Of a DNA stretch of 64,000 bases, positions 38,879 to 51,145 are shown one piece after another (within the stretch, counting starts at the first letter, position 1; each line of letters opens with the position of its first letter). The DNA comes from Patescibacteria group bacterium (GTDB taxonomy: Bacteria; Patescibacteriota; Doudnabacteria; UBA920). Location of the stretch: the NCBI GenBank assembly GCA_013387205.1, contig WARV01000008.1, forward strand, positions 64,136 to 128,135. Reading direction: 5' to 3'. The notes below the pieces were generated by a model. It had not been told where the DNA came from, searched no databases, and saw nothing but the letters and a program-made list of their open reading frames with translations. A program made the translations under genes and the position numbers.

Positions 38879-38948
38879 AATTGCGAATTTCGAATTGCGA
38901 ATTTCCGCCAGCTGGCGAATCGTGATCCGTGATACGTAATTGACAAAT
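38879..38948. repeat. 7-mer periodic-arm element, family E (AATTKCG) with nested CCGCCAGCTGGCG
   Basis: AATTGCG AATTTCG AATTGCG ... AATCGT GATCCGT GATACGT AATT. Confidence 0.65.
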
Positions 38949-39020
38949 TAATACCCGCAAGGAGACGTTAAACTAAAATCAATTACGATAATAGTCTACT
39001 GAGCGGGAAAGAAAGGGTGA

Positions 39021-39242
<222 letters not shown>

Positions 39243-39306
39243 AATTAGTTTTAGACTCTTGGGAGAAGATTTCTCCTTTGAGCTTATAACTAATTCCCAA
39301 ATTTTT

Positions 39307-39438
39307 AATTGACCTAATTAACCTAATTGTTCCTAATTATTCTAAATAAATCCCAATTTCTAATTACACAAATATTAGACATTGGATCATTAGTCATTAT
39401 TTAGGTTAATTAGAATAATTAGAGCAATTAGAATAATT
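39307..39438. repeat. Periodic-arm palindrome, family B
   Basis: Arms identical to 24048-24166, core differs. Confidence 0.9.
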
Positions 39439-39442
39439 CTTT

Positions 39443-40018
39443 ATGATAATCGATATCCATCAAATTTCTCAACTCTTGATCCCAATTGCCCACGCGGCAG
39501 AAGAAGCCGCAAACACGGAATCTTCCGGAGGCGCCTTGGCGACTTTGGGCGTTAACTGGAAATTATTTATTGCCCAACTGGTTAACTTCGGCATAATTTT
39601 GGCCGTCCTTTGGAAATTTGTCTTCATTCCAGTGGCAAAACAGCTTACTGAAAGAACAGAAAAAATTGAAAAATCGTTAAGCGATGCCGACAGGATAACT
39701 AAAGAAAAGGATGAATTCACCAAATGGCGCGAAGCCGAAATTTCCAAGACTAAAGCCCAAGCGGCCACGATAGTCGCAGCAGCGGAAAGCGAGGCTAATA
39801 AAGCCAAGCAGCAGATAGCCGAACAGACCAAGCAGGAACAGGATAAAATTATCAGGCAGGCCAAAGATTTGATTGAATCGGAAAAGCAGAAAGCAGTCAG
39901 GGATATTAAGTCTGAGGTGGCGGAAATGGTTACTGCGGCTACAGAAAAGATTTTAAGGCAAAAATTGGACAATAAGACAGATAAGGAATTGATTAAGGAA
40001 TCATTAAAAAGTATATAA
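39443..40018 (+). CDS. atpF: ATP synthase subunit b
   Basis: IAQLVNF TM segment plus coiled coil. Confidence 0.9.
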   Translation: MIIDIHQISQLLIPIAHAAEEAANTESSGGALATLGVNWKLFIAQLVNFGIILAVLWKFVFIPVAKQLTERTEKIEKSLSDADRITKEKDEFTKWREAEISKTKAQAATIVAAAESEANKAKQQIAEQTKQEQDKIIRQAKDLIESEKQKAVRDIKSEVAEMVTAATEKILRQKLDNKTDKELIKESLKSI

Positions 40019-40104
40019 TCCGAATTACCCGAATTCTATCCAAATGCCCCGAAAAGGGAAAAGCATTTGGGGTATTCGGATAACTATTCGGAGCATTAGG
40101 ATTA
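40016..40104. repeat. Periodic-arm palindrome, family C
   Basis: TAATCCGAATTACCCGAAT...ATTCGGAGCATTAGGATTA; near copy at 59098. Confidence 0.85.
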
Positions 40105-40109
40105 TGTAA

Positions 40110-40502
40110 ATGAAAATCTCTCCCCAACAATACGCTCAAAGCCTTTTTGACGCCATAAGCGAAACTAACCCCAAGGACCACGATTTGATCATGGACAATT
40201 TTGTAAAGATTTTGGCAAAGAACGGGGACTTGGATAAATATCCGGAAATCGAAAAGGAATTTAGGTCGTTGCAGCTGAAAGATAAAGGGATTAAAGAAGC
40301 AGAAATAACCTTAGCAAGGCCGCATGAAGTATCGCACGAAATAGTACAGGAACTGAATAAGATAATCGGCAACAAAGTTGAAGTTAAAACTAAGATTGAT
40401 GAAAACCTGATAGGCGGAGTGGTGGTAAGGGTAGACGACCAGCTTATAGACGCCAGCGTAAAAAAACAGCTTGAAAATTTAAACCAATCACTTAAATCAT
40501 AA
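40110..40502 (+). CDS. atpH: ATP synthase subunit delta (short form)
   Basis: IDENLIGGVVVRVDDQLIDAS. Confidence 0.88.
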   Translation: MKISPQQYAQSLFDAISETNPKDHDLIMDNFVKILAKNGDLDKYPEIEKEFRSLQLKDKGIKEAEITLARPHEVSHEIVQELNKIIGNKVEVKTKIDENLIGGVVVRVDDQLIDASVKKQLENLNQSLKS

Positions 40503-40524
40503 AACTTTAATCTAAATTAATTTT

Positions 40525-42027
40525 ATGGCAAACTCTGACACAATCGTAAAACAACTCAAAGACAAGATCGCCGGTTTTTCACCTGACGTGAAAATTGAAA
40601 AAGTCGGCACGGTTTTGGAAGTCGGCGATGGCGTGGCACGCATTAGCGGACTTAAAGAAGCCGCCAGCATGGAAATGCTTGATTTCGGGCATGGCACTTT
40701 TGGCGTGGCTTTGAACCTTGAAGAAAACATGGTCGGTAGCATTGTTTTGGGTGATTATCACCAAATCAAAGTTGGCGACATAGTTAAGCCTACAGGAAGA
40801 ATCTTGTCCGTGCCGGTAGGTGAAAATTTGATTGGCAGAACCGTTGATGCATTGGGCAGGCCAAAAGACGGCAAAGGCGAGATTAAGGCAGATGGGTTTT
40901 ATCCGGTAGAAAAAATCGCTCCCGGCGTTATTACCAGGCAAAAAGTGAAACAACCGGTACAGACCGGTATTAAAACTATTGACGCCTTAATTCCAGTCGG
41001 CCGCGGACAGCGCGAACTTATTATTGGCGACCGTCAAACCGGAAAGACCGCAATTGCTATTGACGCAATTATCAACCAAAAAGGCCAGGACATGATTTGT
41101 GTTTACGTGGCTGTAGGACAAAAAGAAAGCAAAGTGGCAAGAATTGTGTCTGAGCTGGAAAAATACGGAGCTATGGAATATACCATTGTGGTTTCCGCTT
41201 CGTCTTCTGAACCGGCAGCGCTTTCTTATATTGCCCCGTATTCCGGATGCGCTATTGGCGAATATTTCATGGATAAAGGAAAAGATGTTTTGGTCATTTA
41301 CGACGATTTATCCAAGCAGGCTGTGGCTTACCGCGAAATCTCTTTGCTGCTCCGCAGGCCTCCGGGAAGAGAAGCTTATCCGGGAGACGTGTTTTATCTC
41401 CATTCCAGGTTGTTGGAGCGCGCTGCCAAGCTGAATCCGGATTTCGGCGGCGGATCTTTGACTGCCTTGCCGATTATAGAAACCCAGGCAGGGGACATTT
41501 CTGCCTACATTCCCACCAACGTAATTTCCATTACCGACGGGCAAATTTTCTTGGAATCGGATTTGTTCTACAAAGGCATTAGACCGGCTTTAAACGTTGG
41601 ACTGTCCGTGTCTCGCGTGGGGTCCGACGCCCAGACCAAAGCCATGAAAAAAGTGGCAGGCAAGTTAAAGCTGGCCATGGCGCAATTCAGGGAATTGGAA
41701 GCTTTTGCTTCTTTCGGTTCAGACTTGGACGAAGCCACCAAGAAACAATTGGAATTAGGACGCAGGCTGACTGAAGTATTAAAACAGCCGCAATTCCAGC
41801 CTCTGCCATTGGAAAGAGAAGTTACCATTCTTTACGCAGTCAACAACGGATACTTTAACGAAATTCCGGTTGAAAAGGTGCGCGATGCGGAAGAAAAATT
41901 ATATTCATTCATGGAAGCCAATGGTAAAGATGTTTTGGAAAGCATTAAAGCAACCAAAGAATTGAATGACGACACAGAGTCTAAGTTAAAAGAATTGATA
42001 ACCCAGTTTGTGCAATCTGTAAAATAA
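40525..42027 (+). CDS. atpA: ATP synthase subunit alpha
   Basis: GDRQTGKT and [12 protein letters not shown] motifs. Confidence 0.97.
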   Translation: MANSDTIVKQLKDKIAGFSPDVKIEKVGTVLEVGDGVARISGLKEAASMEMLDFGHGTFGVALNLEENMVGSIVLGDYHQIKVGDIVKPTGRILSVPVGENLIGRTVDALGRPKDGKGEIKADGFYPVEKIAPGVITRQKVKQPVQTGIKTIDALIPVGRGQRELIIGDRQTGKTAIAIDAIINQKGQDMICVYVAVGQKESKVARIVSELEKYGAMEYTIVVSASSSEPAALSYIAPYSGCAIGEYFMDKGKDVLVIYDDLSKQAVAYREISLLLRRPPGREAYPGDVFYLHSRLLERAAKLNPDFGGGSLTALPIIETQAGDISAYIPTNVISITDGQIFLESDLFYKGIRPALNVGLSVSRVGSDAQTKAMKKVAGKLKLAMAQFRELEAFASFGSDLDEATKKQLELGRRLTEVLKQPQFQPLPLEREVTILYAVNNGYFNEIPVEKVRDAEEKLYSFMEANGKDVLESIKATKELNDDTESKLKELITQFVQSVK

Positions 42028-42065
42028 ATACCATAAGCTATACGCTATAAACTAAACGCTACTAT

Positions 42066-42965
42066 ATGGCCGGAATGATAGATATAAAAAGAAGAATAAA
42101 GTCAGTGCAGAGCACGCGCAAAATTACGCGCGCCATGCAGCTGGTTTCGGGCGCCAAAATGCGCAGGGCGCAAAACGCAGCACTGTCTTCGCGCACTTAT
42201 TCAGATTTGGCTTGGGAACTCATTAAAAACCTGTCAAAAACCCAGGAGTTAAGCCCGGCGTTGCTTAAAGTCCATCCCAAAGCGCAAAAAATGGCTGTAT
42301 TGCTCATTTCCAGCAATAAGGGCTTTGTTGGAAGCCTTAACACAAATCTCTTGCCCAAGCTTAAATCTTTAATTAGCGAAACTGGCCTTGAAACAGAAGT
42401 GATTGTTTACGGGCAGAAGGGAAAAGAAGCTACGGTTAGAAACGCGCTTTCTGTAACGGCAGATTTTGAAAAGTACGAACGGACAATTCAGCCGGAAGAT
42501 GTTTATCCTATTTCCAAACTCATAAGCGATTTGTATAAAACTGGAAAATATAAAAGCGTGGTTATAATTTACAGCCACTTTGTTTCTACGCTACAGCAGA
42601 TTCCCACAGTAAAACAGCTTTTGCCATTTGAGCAGGACATTATCACCAAAGCACATAAAAGAAAAACAGAAGATGACAACGAAGACGGCGGAATTGTCGG
42701 TTACGGATATAACTATTTGTTTGAACCCAACCCAAAATTAGTATTCAACCATTTGCTGCCCAGGATTATTGAAAGCCAGATTTACCAGACCATGCTCGAA
42801 GCCAACGCATCCGAACATAGCGCCCGTATGATTATGATGAAAAACGCCACTGACGCGGCATCTGACATTATTTCCGACCTGACATTGACTTATAACCAAT
42901 TAAGGCAAAGCAAAATTACCACCGAACTTACGGAAATCACTGCCGGAAAAATCGCCTTGGAATAA
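42066..42965 (+). CDS. atpG: ATP synthase subunit gamma
   Basis: ITRAMQLVS, ASEHSARM and RQSKITTEL motifs. Confidence 0.95.
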   Translation: MAGMIDIKRRIKSVQSTRKITRAMQLVSGAKMRRAQNAALSSRTYSDLAWELIKNLSKTQELSPALLKVHPKAQKMAVLLISSNKGFVGSLNTNLLPKLKSLISETGLETEVIVYGQKGKEATVRNALSVTADFEKYERTIQPEDVYPISKLISDLYKTGKYKSVVIIYSHFVSTLQQIPTVKQLLPFEQDIITKAHKRKTEDDNEDGGIVGYGYNYLFEPNPKLVFNHLLPRIIESQIYQTMLEANASEHSARMIMMKNATDAASDIISDLTLTYNQLRQSKITTELTEITAGKIALE

Positions 42966-42972
42966 GGAATTT

Positions 42973-43227
42973 ATGGAACAAGAATTTTTTGAAAATAACA
43001 ACGGCCATAACAAAGACGAACTTATTACTAAGATTGCAATACTTTTAGATCCGGATGGCGGCGAAATTATTGCCAACCAAATAATTTCAGGAAAAGAAAT
43101 CGAACCAGAAACGGAAGAATACAAGAAAACAGAAGATATTATAAAATCACTTCTTCATTTGTCTATCCCGGAAATTGAACAGTGGTGCAAGGATAATGAA
43201 ATGGATATATCTAACAATGCTAATTAA
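42973..43227 (+). CDS. Acidic hypothetical protein between atpG and atpD
   Basis: 84 aa ORF with AAGGA upstream. Confidence 0.55.
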   Translation: MEQEFFENNNGHNKDELITKIAILLDPDGGEIIANQIISGKEIEPETEEYKKTEDIIKSLLHLSIPEIEQWCKDNEMDISNNAN

Positions 43228-43265
43228 ACTTTTAAACTTAAAATTTTAAATCTTTAATCTATTAA

Positions 43266-44651
<1,386 letters not shown>

Positions 44652-44670
44652 TAGCTTGTTAAATTAAATT

Positions 44671-45123
44671 ATGAGCAAACTCTATTTCAAATTAGTAACT
44701 CCAGAAAAGACTGTCGCCGACCAGGAGGCGGACAGTTTGTCATGTCCTACTTCTTTGGGGCAAATTACCATTTTGCCCGGCCATATTCCGTTAGTCGGCA
44801 ACCTTGTTCCAGGAGAACTTGTGATTAAATCCGGCAATAGCGAGCTGTTTTTGAACGTGACCGGCGGGTTTGTGGAAGTAAGACCAAACAACCAAATAGT
44901 GATTTTGGCAGATGCCGCTGAACATCATTACGAAATAGATGAGCAGCGGGCAAAGGAAGCCGTTGAACGGGCCAAGAAAGCCATGACCGAGACAAAGCTG
45001 AGCGCACAGGAACACGCGCAAGTCACGGCAGCCCTCGAAAGAAGTTTGGCAAGACTGAATGTCGCTAAAAAACACGCGCACAGAAAAACTCCAATTACCG
45101 GTGAAGGAGTATTTAATGAGTAA
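44671..45123 (+). CDS. atpC: ATP synthase subunit epsilon
   Basis: LVTPE, ILPGHIP and GGFVEV motifs. Confidence 0.92.
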   Translation: MSKLYFKLVTPEKTVADQEADSLSCPTSLGQITILPGHIPLVGNLVPGELVIKSGNSELFLNVTGGFVEVRPNNQIVILADAAEHHYEIDEQRAKEAVERAKKAMTETKLSAQEHAQVTAALERSLARLNVAKKHAHRKTPITGEGVFNE

Positions 45124-45167
45124 CGCTGATGTCGCGCTGGCTTACTGCAACCGCTGATTAAGCGCTA

Positions 45168-45917
45168 ATGATTATGATCACCAAACACAACATCAATTTA
45201 GAAAAAAACCCGCTAACCAATTTTGGTATGCGGGTTTTGAATATGCTTGTGGAAAACTCTAACCAAACTTATATTGCCGGAGGGACTGTTCGCGATATTT
45301 TATTAAAACGCAAACTGCGTGATTTTGACATTGCAACAGACCTGCAACCGGAAACAGTATGGAATCTGCTAGAACAAAACTTTTCTGCCAAGCGATACAG
45401 GTCAGAAAAACATTTGCATTTTGGCGTATCAAAAATCCAATTAAAAAATTCCGCTGAAATCGATATTACAACCTTCAGAAAAGAGGTTTACAAAGAGCAA
45501 ATGTATCCGAAAGTTGTTTTTGTTGAAAGTGCCAAGCAGGATAGCAAAAGACGCGACTTTACCATAAATTCCTTATATTTAAGCAATAATTTAACAGATA
45601 TATTAGATTTCCACAAAGGCGTTGCTGATTTAAAAAACAAAGTAATCAGATTTATCGGCAACCCGAAAAAAAGAATCAGGGAAGATCCTTTGCGCATCAT
45701 CCGCGCTTTGAGATTAGCTCTAATTTTGGATTTCAAGCTGGAAAAAAATACTGCCAAAGCTATTCAAAAGCATTTTGATGAAATTAAAAATATTACTTCA
45801 TCAAAAACTTTTTCTGAAATTAATAAATTGAAAAATATCAAAAAGAAAAATTTTCTAAAACATCTCATAACTGACAGAAAATCTCTTGACAATTATTTGG
45901 AAAAGTTTTACTATTAA
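45168..45917 (+). CDS. Short CCA-adding/poly(A) polymerase family nucleotidyltransferase
   Basis: GGTVRD, DFDIAT, RRDFTIN and EDPLRIIRA motifs. Confidence 0.85.
   Translation: MIMITKHNINLEKNPLTNFGMRVLNMLVENSNQTYIAGGTVRDILLKRKLRDFDIATDLQPETVWNLLEQNFSAKRYRSEKHLHFGVSKIQLKNSAEIDITTFRKEVYKEQMYPKVVFVESAKQDSKRRDFTINSLYLSNNLTDILDFHKGVADLKNKVIRFIGNPKKRIREDPLRIIRALRLALILDFKLEKNTAKAIQKHFDEIKNITSSKTFSEINKLKNIKKKNFLKHLITDRKSLDNYLEKFYY
45886..45914 (+). promoter_or_regulatory. Sigma70 promoter upstream of the Lys-rich peptide
   Basis: TTGACA-17nt-TACTAT. Confidence 0.6.
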
Positions 45918-46115
45918 AATAGAAACAACGGAGAATAAAACTGAAACAGATATTTAAAATCAGAAATTCAAAATAAATTTTGTGACGCGGATTCGAAATT
46001 AATTCGGTTGCGGAAAAAAATTTTTTCACTACTCAGCCGCTTTAAGCGGATAAAACAGAGTAGAAAATTAAGAAGCTCTGCCAAAATTAGTAGAGCTTTA
46101 AGGGAGACTAGTACA

Positions 46116-46190
46116 ATGGCTACTAAGAAGAAAGCTGCAAAGAAGCCAGCAAAGAAGAAAAAAGTCGCTGCGAAAAAGAAGCGCGCCTAG
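46116..46190 (+). CDS. 24-aa Lys/Ala-rich histone H1-like peptide
   Basis: MATKKKAAKKPAKKKKVAAKKKRA; AGGGAG upstream; terminator downstream. Confidence 0.65.
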   Translation: MATKKKAAKKPAKKKKVAAKKKRA

Positions 46191-46220
46191 TTCTTCTCCA
46201 CTCCGACTTGTCGGAGTAGC

Positions 46221-46257
46221 AAAACCGTCCTCAAAACATTAGGACGGTTTTGTTTTT
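46221..46257 (+). terminator. Intrinsic terminator
   Basis: AAAACCGTCCT-loop-AGGACGGTTTT followed by T-rich run. Confidence 0.7.
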
Positions 46258-46345
46258 GGTTTTTGATGGCGGGACATAAACTATTATTTACAAAAAAGCG
46301 CCATTACCCGTATAACTTTTACGGATTGGCGCTTTTGAGCTGTAG

Positions 46346-47209
46346 TTAGTGTGTTATTGGCACATCTTTATACAAAGGAGGCAATAGTGAAAAGATCAGC
46401 TTAACCATTTTAATCTCATTGTCTTTTCCCCGCCACTCCTTAAGTGCGCAGGTCGAAGGAAACTCAATCTTTGGATTGCAAGACCTGGTGATTACGTGGA
46501 TGTAAGTGAGGGAAAAGGGTACCCCACCCACCAATATCCTATCACGCTCACCAACTGTTTCTTTCTGCGCAGGCTTAACAACCAACTTAGTTAAGTACTC
46601 CTTGTCGGTAAGCTTGACCAACGCGTCTTTGAGAGCAGGACCTGTTTCTACGCTCGGGTAGTCAGCCTTACTAGTGTCGATGCTGGTAGGATAGGTCATG
46701 GCCGTAAGAAATCCAGTATCTTTATTGCATACTTCCAGCTGGCTAACTTGCCAGTCACCGGAAAGAATTTGCGGAGACTGCTGCTCAGCGCACTCTGCCA
46801 GAAGAGGATTCTTTTTGCCTCTCTTGAAAACTTCACGGAACTGCCGGCAAACATCGTTTATAACACCCCATTTGGACCAAGGTAACGGTTCAAACAGGTC
46901 AATCCGCGCAACATTGTTTTCAATGGAAAAAATTAGGTATATTGCGCTACAGATATTTAAGTCTCCGCTAACTTGTGCGTTGTCGAGCTGGCAGCTGCGA
47001 AACGGCGCGTCCACAACGTTACCCCAAACGCTGAACCAAAGTTTATACAGGTAATTCGGCACCAGCACCTCCACGGTTCCGTGCGTTTTTGGCAAGAAAT
47101 TATCAGCATTTGATGATTCTGTGGGTAAAAAGAACCTGGCTAACAGGTTACTGAATCTTCTGGGACCGACTGGATACTTAAGTAGTAGTCTGCGAATTAC
47201 AGCTTCCAT
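46346..47209 (-). CDS. Hypothetical island protein
   Basis: 287 aa ORF with GGAGG upstream; no recognised motif. Confidence 0.6.
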   Translation of the reverse strand: MEAVIRRLLLKYPVGPRRFSNLLARFFLPTESSNADNFLPKTHGTVEVLVPNYLYKLWFSVWGNVVDAPFRSCQLDNAQVSGDLNICSAIYLIFSIENNVARIDLFEPLPWSKWGVINDVCRQFREVFKRGKKNPLLAECAEQQSPQILSGDWQVSQLEVCNKDTGFLTAMTYPTSIDTSKADYPSVETGPALKDALVKLTDKEYLTKLVVKPAQKETVGERDRILVGGVPFSLTYIHVITRSCNPKIEFPSTCALKEWRGKDNEIKMVKLIFSLLPPLYKDVPITH

Positions 47210-47948
47210 ATATTTTCCTCCTAAAACTTTTCCTAAATTAATGACGGATTTGTAAAGAAAAATAAATAACTAGCCATTCAGATATTTTTGTAATCTTTAA
47301 AAACTTTAGAGTATGGCTTAACGACAAGGAAAAATAACGGCTTGGATATTATCTATCTCTTTTGATTAAATGTAGCGGACACTGTTCGAATCTAAAAAAT
47401 CGATAAAAAACATTTACGATTATAAATTTATAACTGTAGTTCTCCTAAGAGGTTTTGTGGTTTTTTTAGTCCTAACTTGCTTAGGGATATATCAAAAACC
47501 ACCAATATTTATTGGTGGTTTTTGATGGCGGCGAGCCAAAAACCACGCTCGAACTTTGGAGTTGGTCTGTCAGCATCTTGCCGCGCTTACCGAATGAAAC
47601 ACCCAAATTAAACAGCTATTTGAGCAAGGAATACGCGAGCCAACGCTGGCGGTAATTCTCTAAAAAAGTTATAATATAGCCATAAACCATTAACAAAACT
47701 CTTATGGACACGAAACAAAAAGATAACTTTACGGACGTATTAGACCATTTATCCAGCAACGATTCATCAGCGAATAGCGATAGCAGCGCTGGGTCAGGCC
47801 AAGTTGTTGGCGCGGACGGCCAAGTTGTAACTTTAGGTAATAAAGACGGACAAAATACCTCTATGGATAATTAAGCTGAATCTACTTGAACTTACAGTTA
47901 CTACCAAGAGTCTAAACACTTAAATATAATCGGCGAAAAATCAAAATT

Positions 47949-48428
47949 AGGAGCGCGGCAGTAGGCAACAAATACGCTGTAGGAAATAAAGGCGGCGGTA
48001 GAAAGTCAGCTTTTCAAGAGCAGGCTGACGCTGCCTTTTTTGCTGACCTCTGGAACGGCCGGTTAAAGAAGGAACGTATGCAACGCAAAATCCAAAAAGG
48101 CAGATACGGCGCTAAGCATATTCTCGCTGTTAAAATCCTTGAGGGAAACGATAAGTTGCTTGCTAAACTTTTAGATAAATTCTTCCCTGACCAAATTAGC
48201 CACACTGACCCTGTTGCGGGATATTTCGTGAGTAGAGATGAATTAGAGCGCCAAAGACTGCAACTAAAGCAGTTAATTGAAGATACTAAAGCTCAAGCTG
48301 GCGGGCTTTTTGAGTCTGAACCTGAACCGATAAGCAAAGCCGAAGAGGAGCAAATAATAAAGGCCTTTCGTAATTTCGGAATGATTAAGGAAGATGATAA
48401 AGCAACGGAGTCAGAAACCGTGAGTTAG
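47949..48428 (+). pseudogene. Terminase small subunit-like gene with probable lost start codon
   Basis: In-frame SAAVGNKYAVGNKGGGRKS upstream of ORF 48078; AGG where an ATG is expected. Confidence 0.5.
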
Positions 48429-48489
48429 GTGGTAGGGTAAAAAGGTGTTATAATATAAGCGAAATAACACAACTTTAAGAAACAAAAAT

Positions 48490-49362
48490 ATGGAAAACAA
48501 TATAGGCAATAATATGCCACCAAGACCTGAACCAAGTCATGCTAATTCTGCTATGCCGACAGTTAACAGAAAATGGTATAAGCATAAAGGGATAATTGCA
48601 ATCATAATTTTAACCGTGATTGCGGGTGTTGTTGTTTGGGGTTACACATTGAATCAACCGCAAAATTTAGGTGCCATAACCAATGTTATAAACAGAAAAA
48701 AGTTAGCAGCTTCCAATTCGTTAATTTACCCAGGAGCCAAATTAACCGCTGTCAAAAAAAACAATGACGGAACTTCTTCTGTTGGATACGAAACATATGG
48801 AGATAACGTTCAATCATTTTATGCAGAACAACTTAAACAATTAGGATGGAATAAAGTAGCCGAATTGGGAGCCGCAGATATGACTTTATGCGGAGGCGAT
48901 TGGGGCGGCACATACGAAAAAGACGGCCAAAAATTTAAGTTGCATATATGTGGGCCTGATTCAGGAGATTTCCAGAAAGATATCAGTTTTTACTTTTACA
49001 ATGTCGAGCCAGAAAAAGTTTTAGGTGATAATTTATCAGGCGGGACTTTAAGCTGCGTTACTGATGCAAAAATTAATCTAACGAGTGCCTGCGCCACCCA
49101 AGACACTATAAAAATCACTTTGAATACACAGCGTCCAGAGTTGAATAAATTTCAGGTTTATATAACGGGTGAAAAATATACGAGCTTCCCTGACGTAAAT
49201 GCTATTGCTAGCAATTCCACTGTAAAAGAAGTTGATATCCCATACGACATTACAAAATGGGGTAATATCCAAAAAGTGCAGGTTACCCCCGTTATCACAA
49301 GCGATGGGACATTTTATTGCAGCGAACAAGCGGTTGAATCAGCTGTAAAAACTTGTAATTAA
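48490..49362 (+). CDS. Membrane-anchored Cys-containing exported protein (island cargo)
   Basis: Single TM, several Cys residues. Confidence 0.65.
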   Translation: MENNIGNNMPPRPEPSHANSAMPTVNRKWYKHKGIIAIIILTVIAGVVVWGYTLNQPQNLGAITNVINRKKLAASNSLIYPGAKLTAVKKNNDGTSSVGYETYGDNVQSFYAEQLKQLGWNKVAELGAADMTLCGGDWGGTYEKDGQKFKLHICGPDSGDFQKDISFYFYNVEPEKVLGDNLSGGTLSCVTDAKINLTSACATQDTIKITLNTQRPELNKFQVYITGEKYTSFPDVNAIASNSTVKEVDIPYDITKWGNIQKVQVTPVITSDGTFYCSEQAVESAVKTCN

Positions 49363-49468
49363 ACTTTGGCAAAAAGTAATTTAATAGGAAAGTCCGACGA
49401 TTTGTCGGGCTTTTCTATTTGGTTTATTCTTTCTGGATAAATTAAAGCAATCCGAGTAAAATTAACTT

Positions 49469-51145
49469 ATGGACAACGCTGAAAACCCGAACTCAAATAA
49501 CAGCAATCCCCTTTTGACCACTAAAGATTTAGTCAGCCTTTTGTCATCTAAGTTCCAAAGAAATGAGCAAGTAAGGGATACTAGCAATTACAGGTATGTC
49601 ATATACGCTAGAAAATCGACGGAGAACGCCGAAAAACAGGTCAGGTCGCTATCTGACCAAGTTATTGAATGTAAGCAATTAGCCGAAAAGGAAAACTTAA
49701 AAATTATATCGGTTATCACCGAATCGGAATCGGCCAAAGAGCCGGACATTCGGCCAAAGTTTCGGCAGATGTTGGAAGATATGAAAAGCGGAAAATTTGA
49801 GGGGGTAATTGCGTGGCATCCTGACCGGCTGGCGCGTAATATGAAAGACGCCGGTGAGATTATAGATTTGCTGGACAAGGAACTTATTAAAGATTTAAGG
49901 TTTGTCAGTTACGTTTTTGTAAACGATACGGCCGGCAAAATGATGTTGGGTATTTCTTTTGTCCTGTCTAAACAGTATTCGGACAAGTTGAGCGACGATG
50001 TTTTGCGAGGCAATAAACGGAGCATTGAAGAGGGTAAATATCTTGGCCGCGTTAAACACGGCTATTACAAGGACGCAAATCAATTACTGCGGCCGGACGG
50101 CGATAATTTCCTTCTTATAAAGCAAGCCTTTCAATTACGGCTACAAGGTAAAACGATTGACGAGATTAAGGACTTTTTACACGCGCATAATTATTCGCTG
50201 CGGCAGCCCAACGGCCAGCATAAACTTTACAGGATAGATAAAAAGCGTGTTTCGGACTTTCTTAAAGACCCAGCCTATACTGGCGTGCTTATACGTGGCG
50301 ATAACATTGTGGATTTAACCGAAAAATACCAATTCGTTCCTGTTATTTCGGTAGATGACTTTTTAAAAATTAACAAACTCACTCTGTCCAAAGCGTTTCG
50401 CTTGGTCAAGAAATTCTATCCGCCTAATAAGATTAAAGCCGACCTGTTTCGGGGTTTGGTAACTTGCGGTGAATGTAACGAAATTATGTCATCGGGAATT
50501 ACAACCAAGCCCAAAGTCGGCAAGTCTTATTTTTACTTTCGTTGCGAAACTGACCGCTGTCCGGTAAAAGACAAATCCGTTAGGGCTAAAGTTATTGTGG
50601 ACTCGGCTTGCGAGTATTTAGAGCAAAATCAATTTAGCAGCCCAAAAGCCTATGAGCATTATAAAAAGGAATCGGCCAAAGTTTTTACCGAGCGACTGGC
50701 TGATGTTAAAAAGCAGCACGATGTTTTAGTGGCTTCCAAGCGTGAGGGTGAAAAGCGGCTATCTAAAATTAAAGACTTCTTGCTAAAGGAAGATGACCAA
50801 GCGCTAAGGGAATCATTTAAGGCCGATTTAGCCACAAAAGAAAAAGAATTAACAGAACTGGCCGAGCAAATATCCAAACTCAAAGCAGCTTTGCACACTA
50901 AAAAGACGGCGATTTTAAATTATCCGCAGTTTCTCGAACTTTTAGTTAAACTGCCCGTGGTTATTAGACAAACTAAGAATATGCAGGACTTAGACTTCCT
51001 TATACGAAAAATCTTCTCGAACTTTATTATCAGCAAACAAAAAACGGCTCAAATAAAACTAAATGAACCGTTTAATGCCCTCCTTGGGGTGGCAAAAATG
51101 CCCGAAAGTATACAATGGCGGGGACGGCGGGGCTCGAACCCGTAA
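49469..51145 (+). CDS. Large serine recombinase
   Basis: YARKS, DRLARN, recombinase domain, CxxC...C..C zinc ribbon, coiled coil. Confidence 0.92.
   Translation: MDNAENPNSNNSNPLLTTKDLVSLLSSKFQRNEQVRDTSNYRYVIYARKSTENAEKQVRSLSDQVIECKQLAEKENLKIISVITESESAKEPDIRPKFRQMLEDMKSGKFEGVIAWHPDRLARNMKDAGEIIDLLDKELIKDLRFVSYVFVNDTAGKMMLGISFVLSKQYSDKLSDDVLRGNKRSIEEGKYLGRVKHGYYKDANQLLRPDGDNFLLIKQAFQLRLQGKTIDEIKDFLHAHNYSLRQPNGQHKLYRIDKKRVSDFLKDPAYTGVLIRGDNIVDLTEKYQFVPVISVDDFLKINKLTLSKAFRLVKKFYPPNKIKADLFRGLVTCGECNEIMSSGITTKPKVGKSYFYFRCETDRCPVKDKSVRAKVIVDSACEYLEQNQFSSPKAYEHYKKESAKVFTERLADVKKQHDVLVASKREGEKRLSKIKDFLLKEDDQALRESFKADLATKEKELTELAEQISKLKAALHTKKTAILNYPQFLELLVKLPVVIRQTKNMQDLDFLIRKIFSNFIISKQKTAQIKLNEPFNALLGVAKMPESIQWRGRRGSNP

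Larger units (their letters stand above)
46257..51145. mobile_element. Integrative island(s) at the tRNA-Asp 3' end
   Basis: Serine recombinase overlapping the tRNA; 16-nt direct repeat TGGTTTTTGATGGCGG at 46257 and 47516 ending in the tRNA 3'-end-like ATGGCGG. Confidence 0.65.

Noticed and set aside
38953-39020. Possible structured atpE leader (CCCGC...GCGGG)
   Set aside because: Only a short stem is visible; insufficient without covariation data.
39993-40181. Minus-strand ORFs here and at 59075-59494 sharing FSGHLD.IR.IRI
   Set aside because: The shared peptide is just the family C repeat read antisense, not a protein family.
47704-47874. Small ORF in the island
   Set aside because: The ATG frame stops after 12 codons and the longer frame lacks a start; it cannot be supported as a gene.
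46257-51145. Intact prophage, retron or DGR
   Set aside because: No capsid, portal, large terminase or reverse transcriptase was seen; the region is only about 5 kb.
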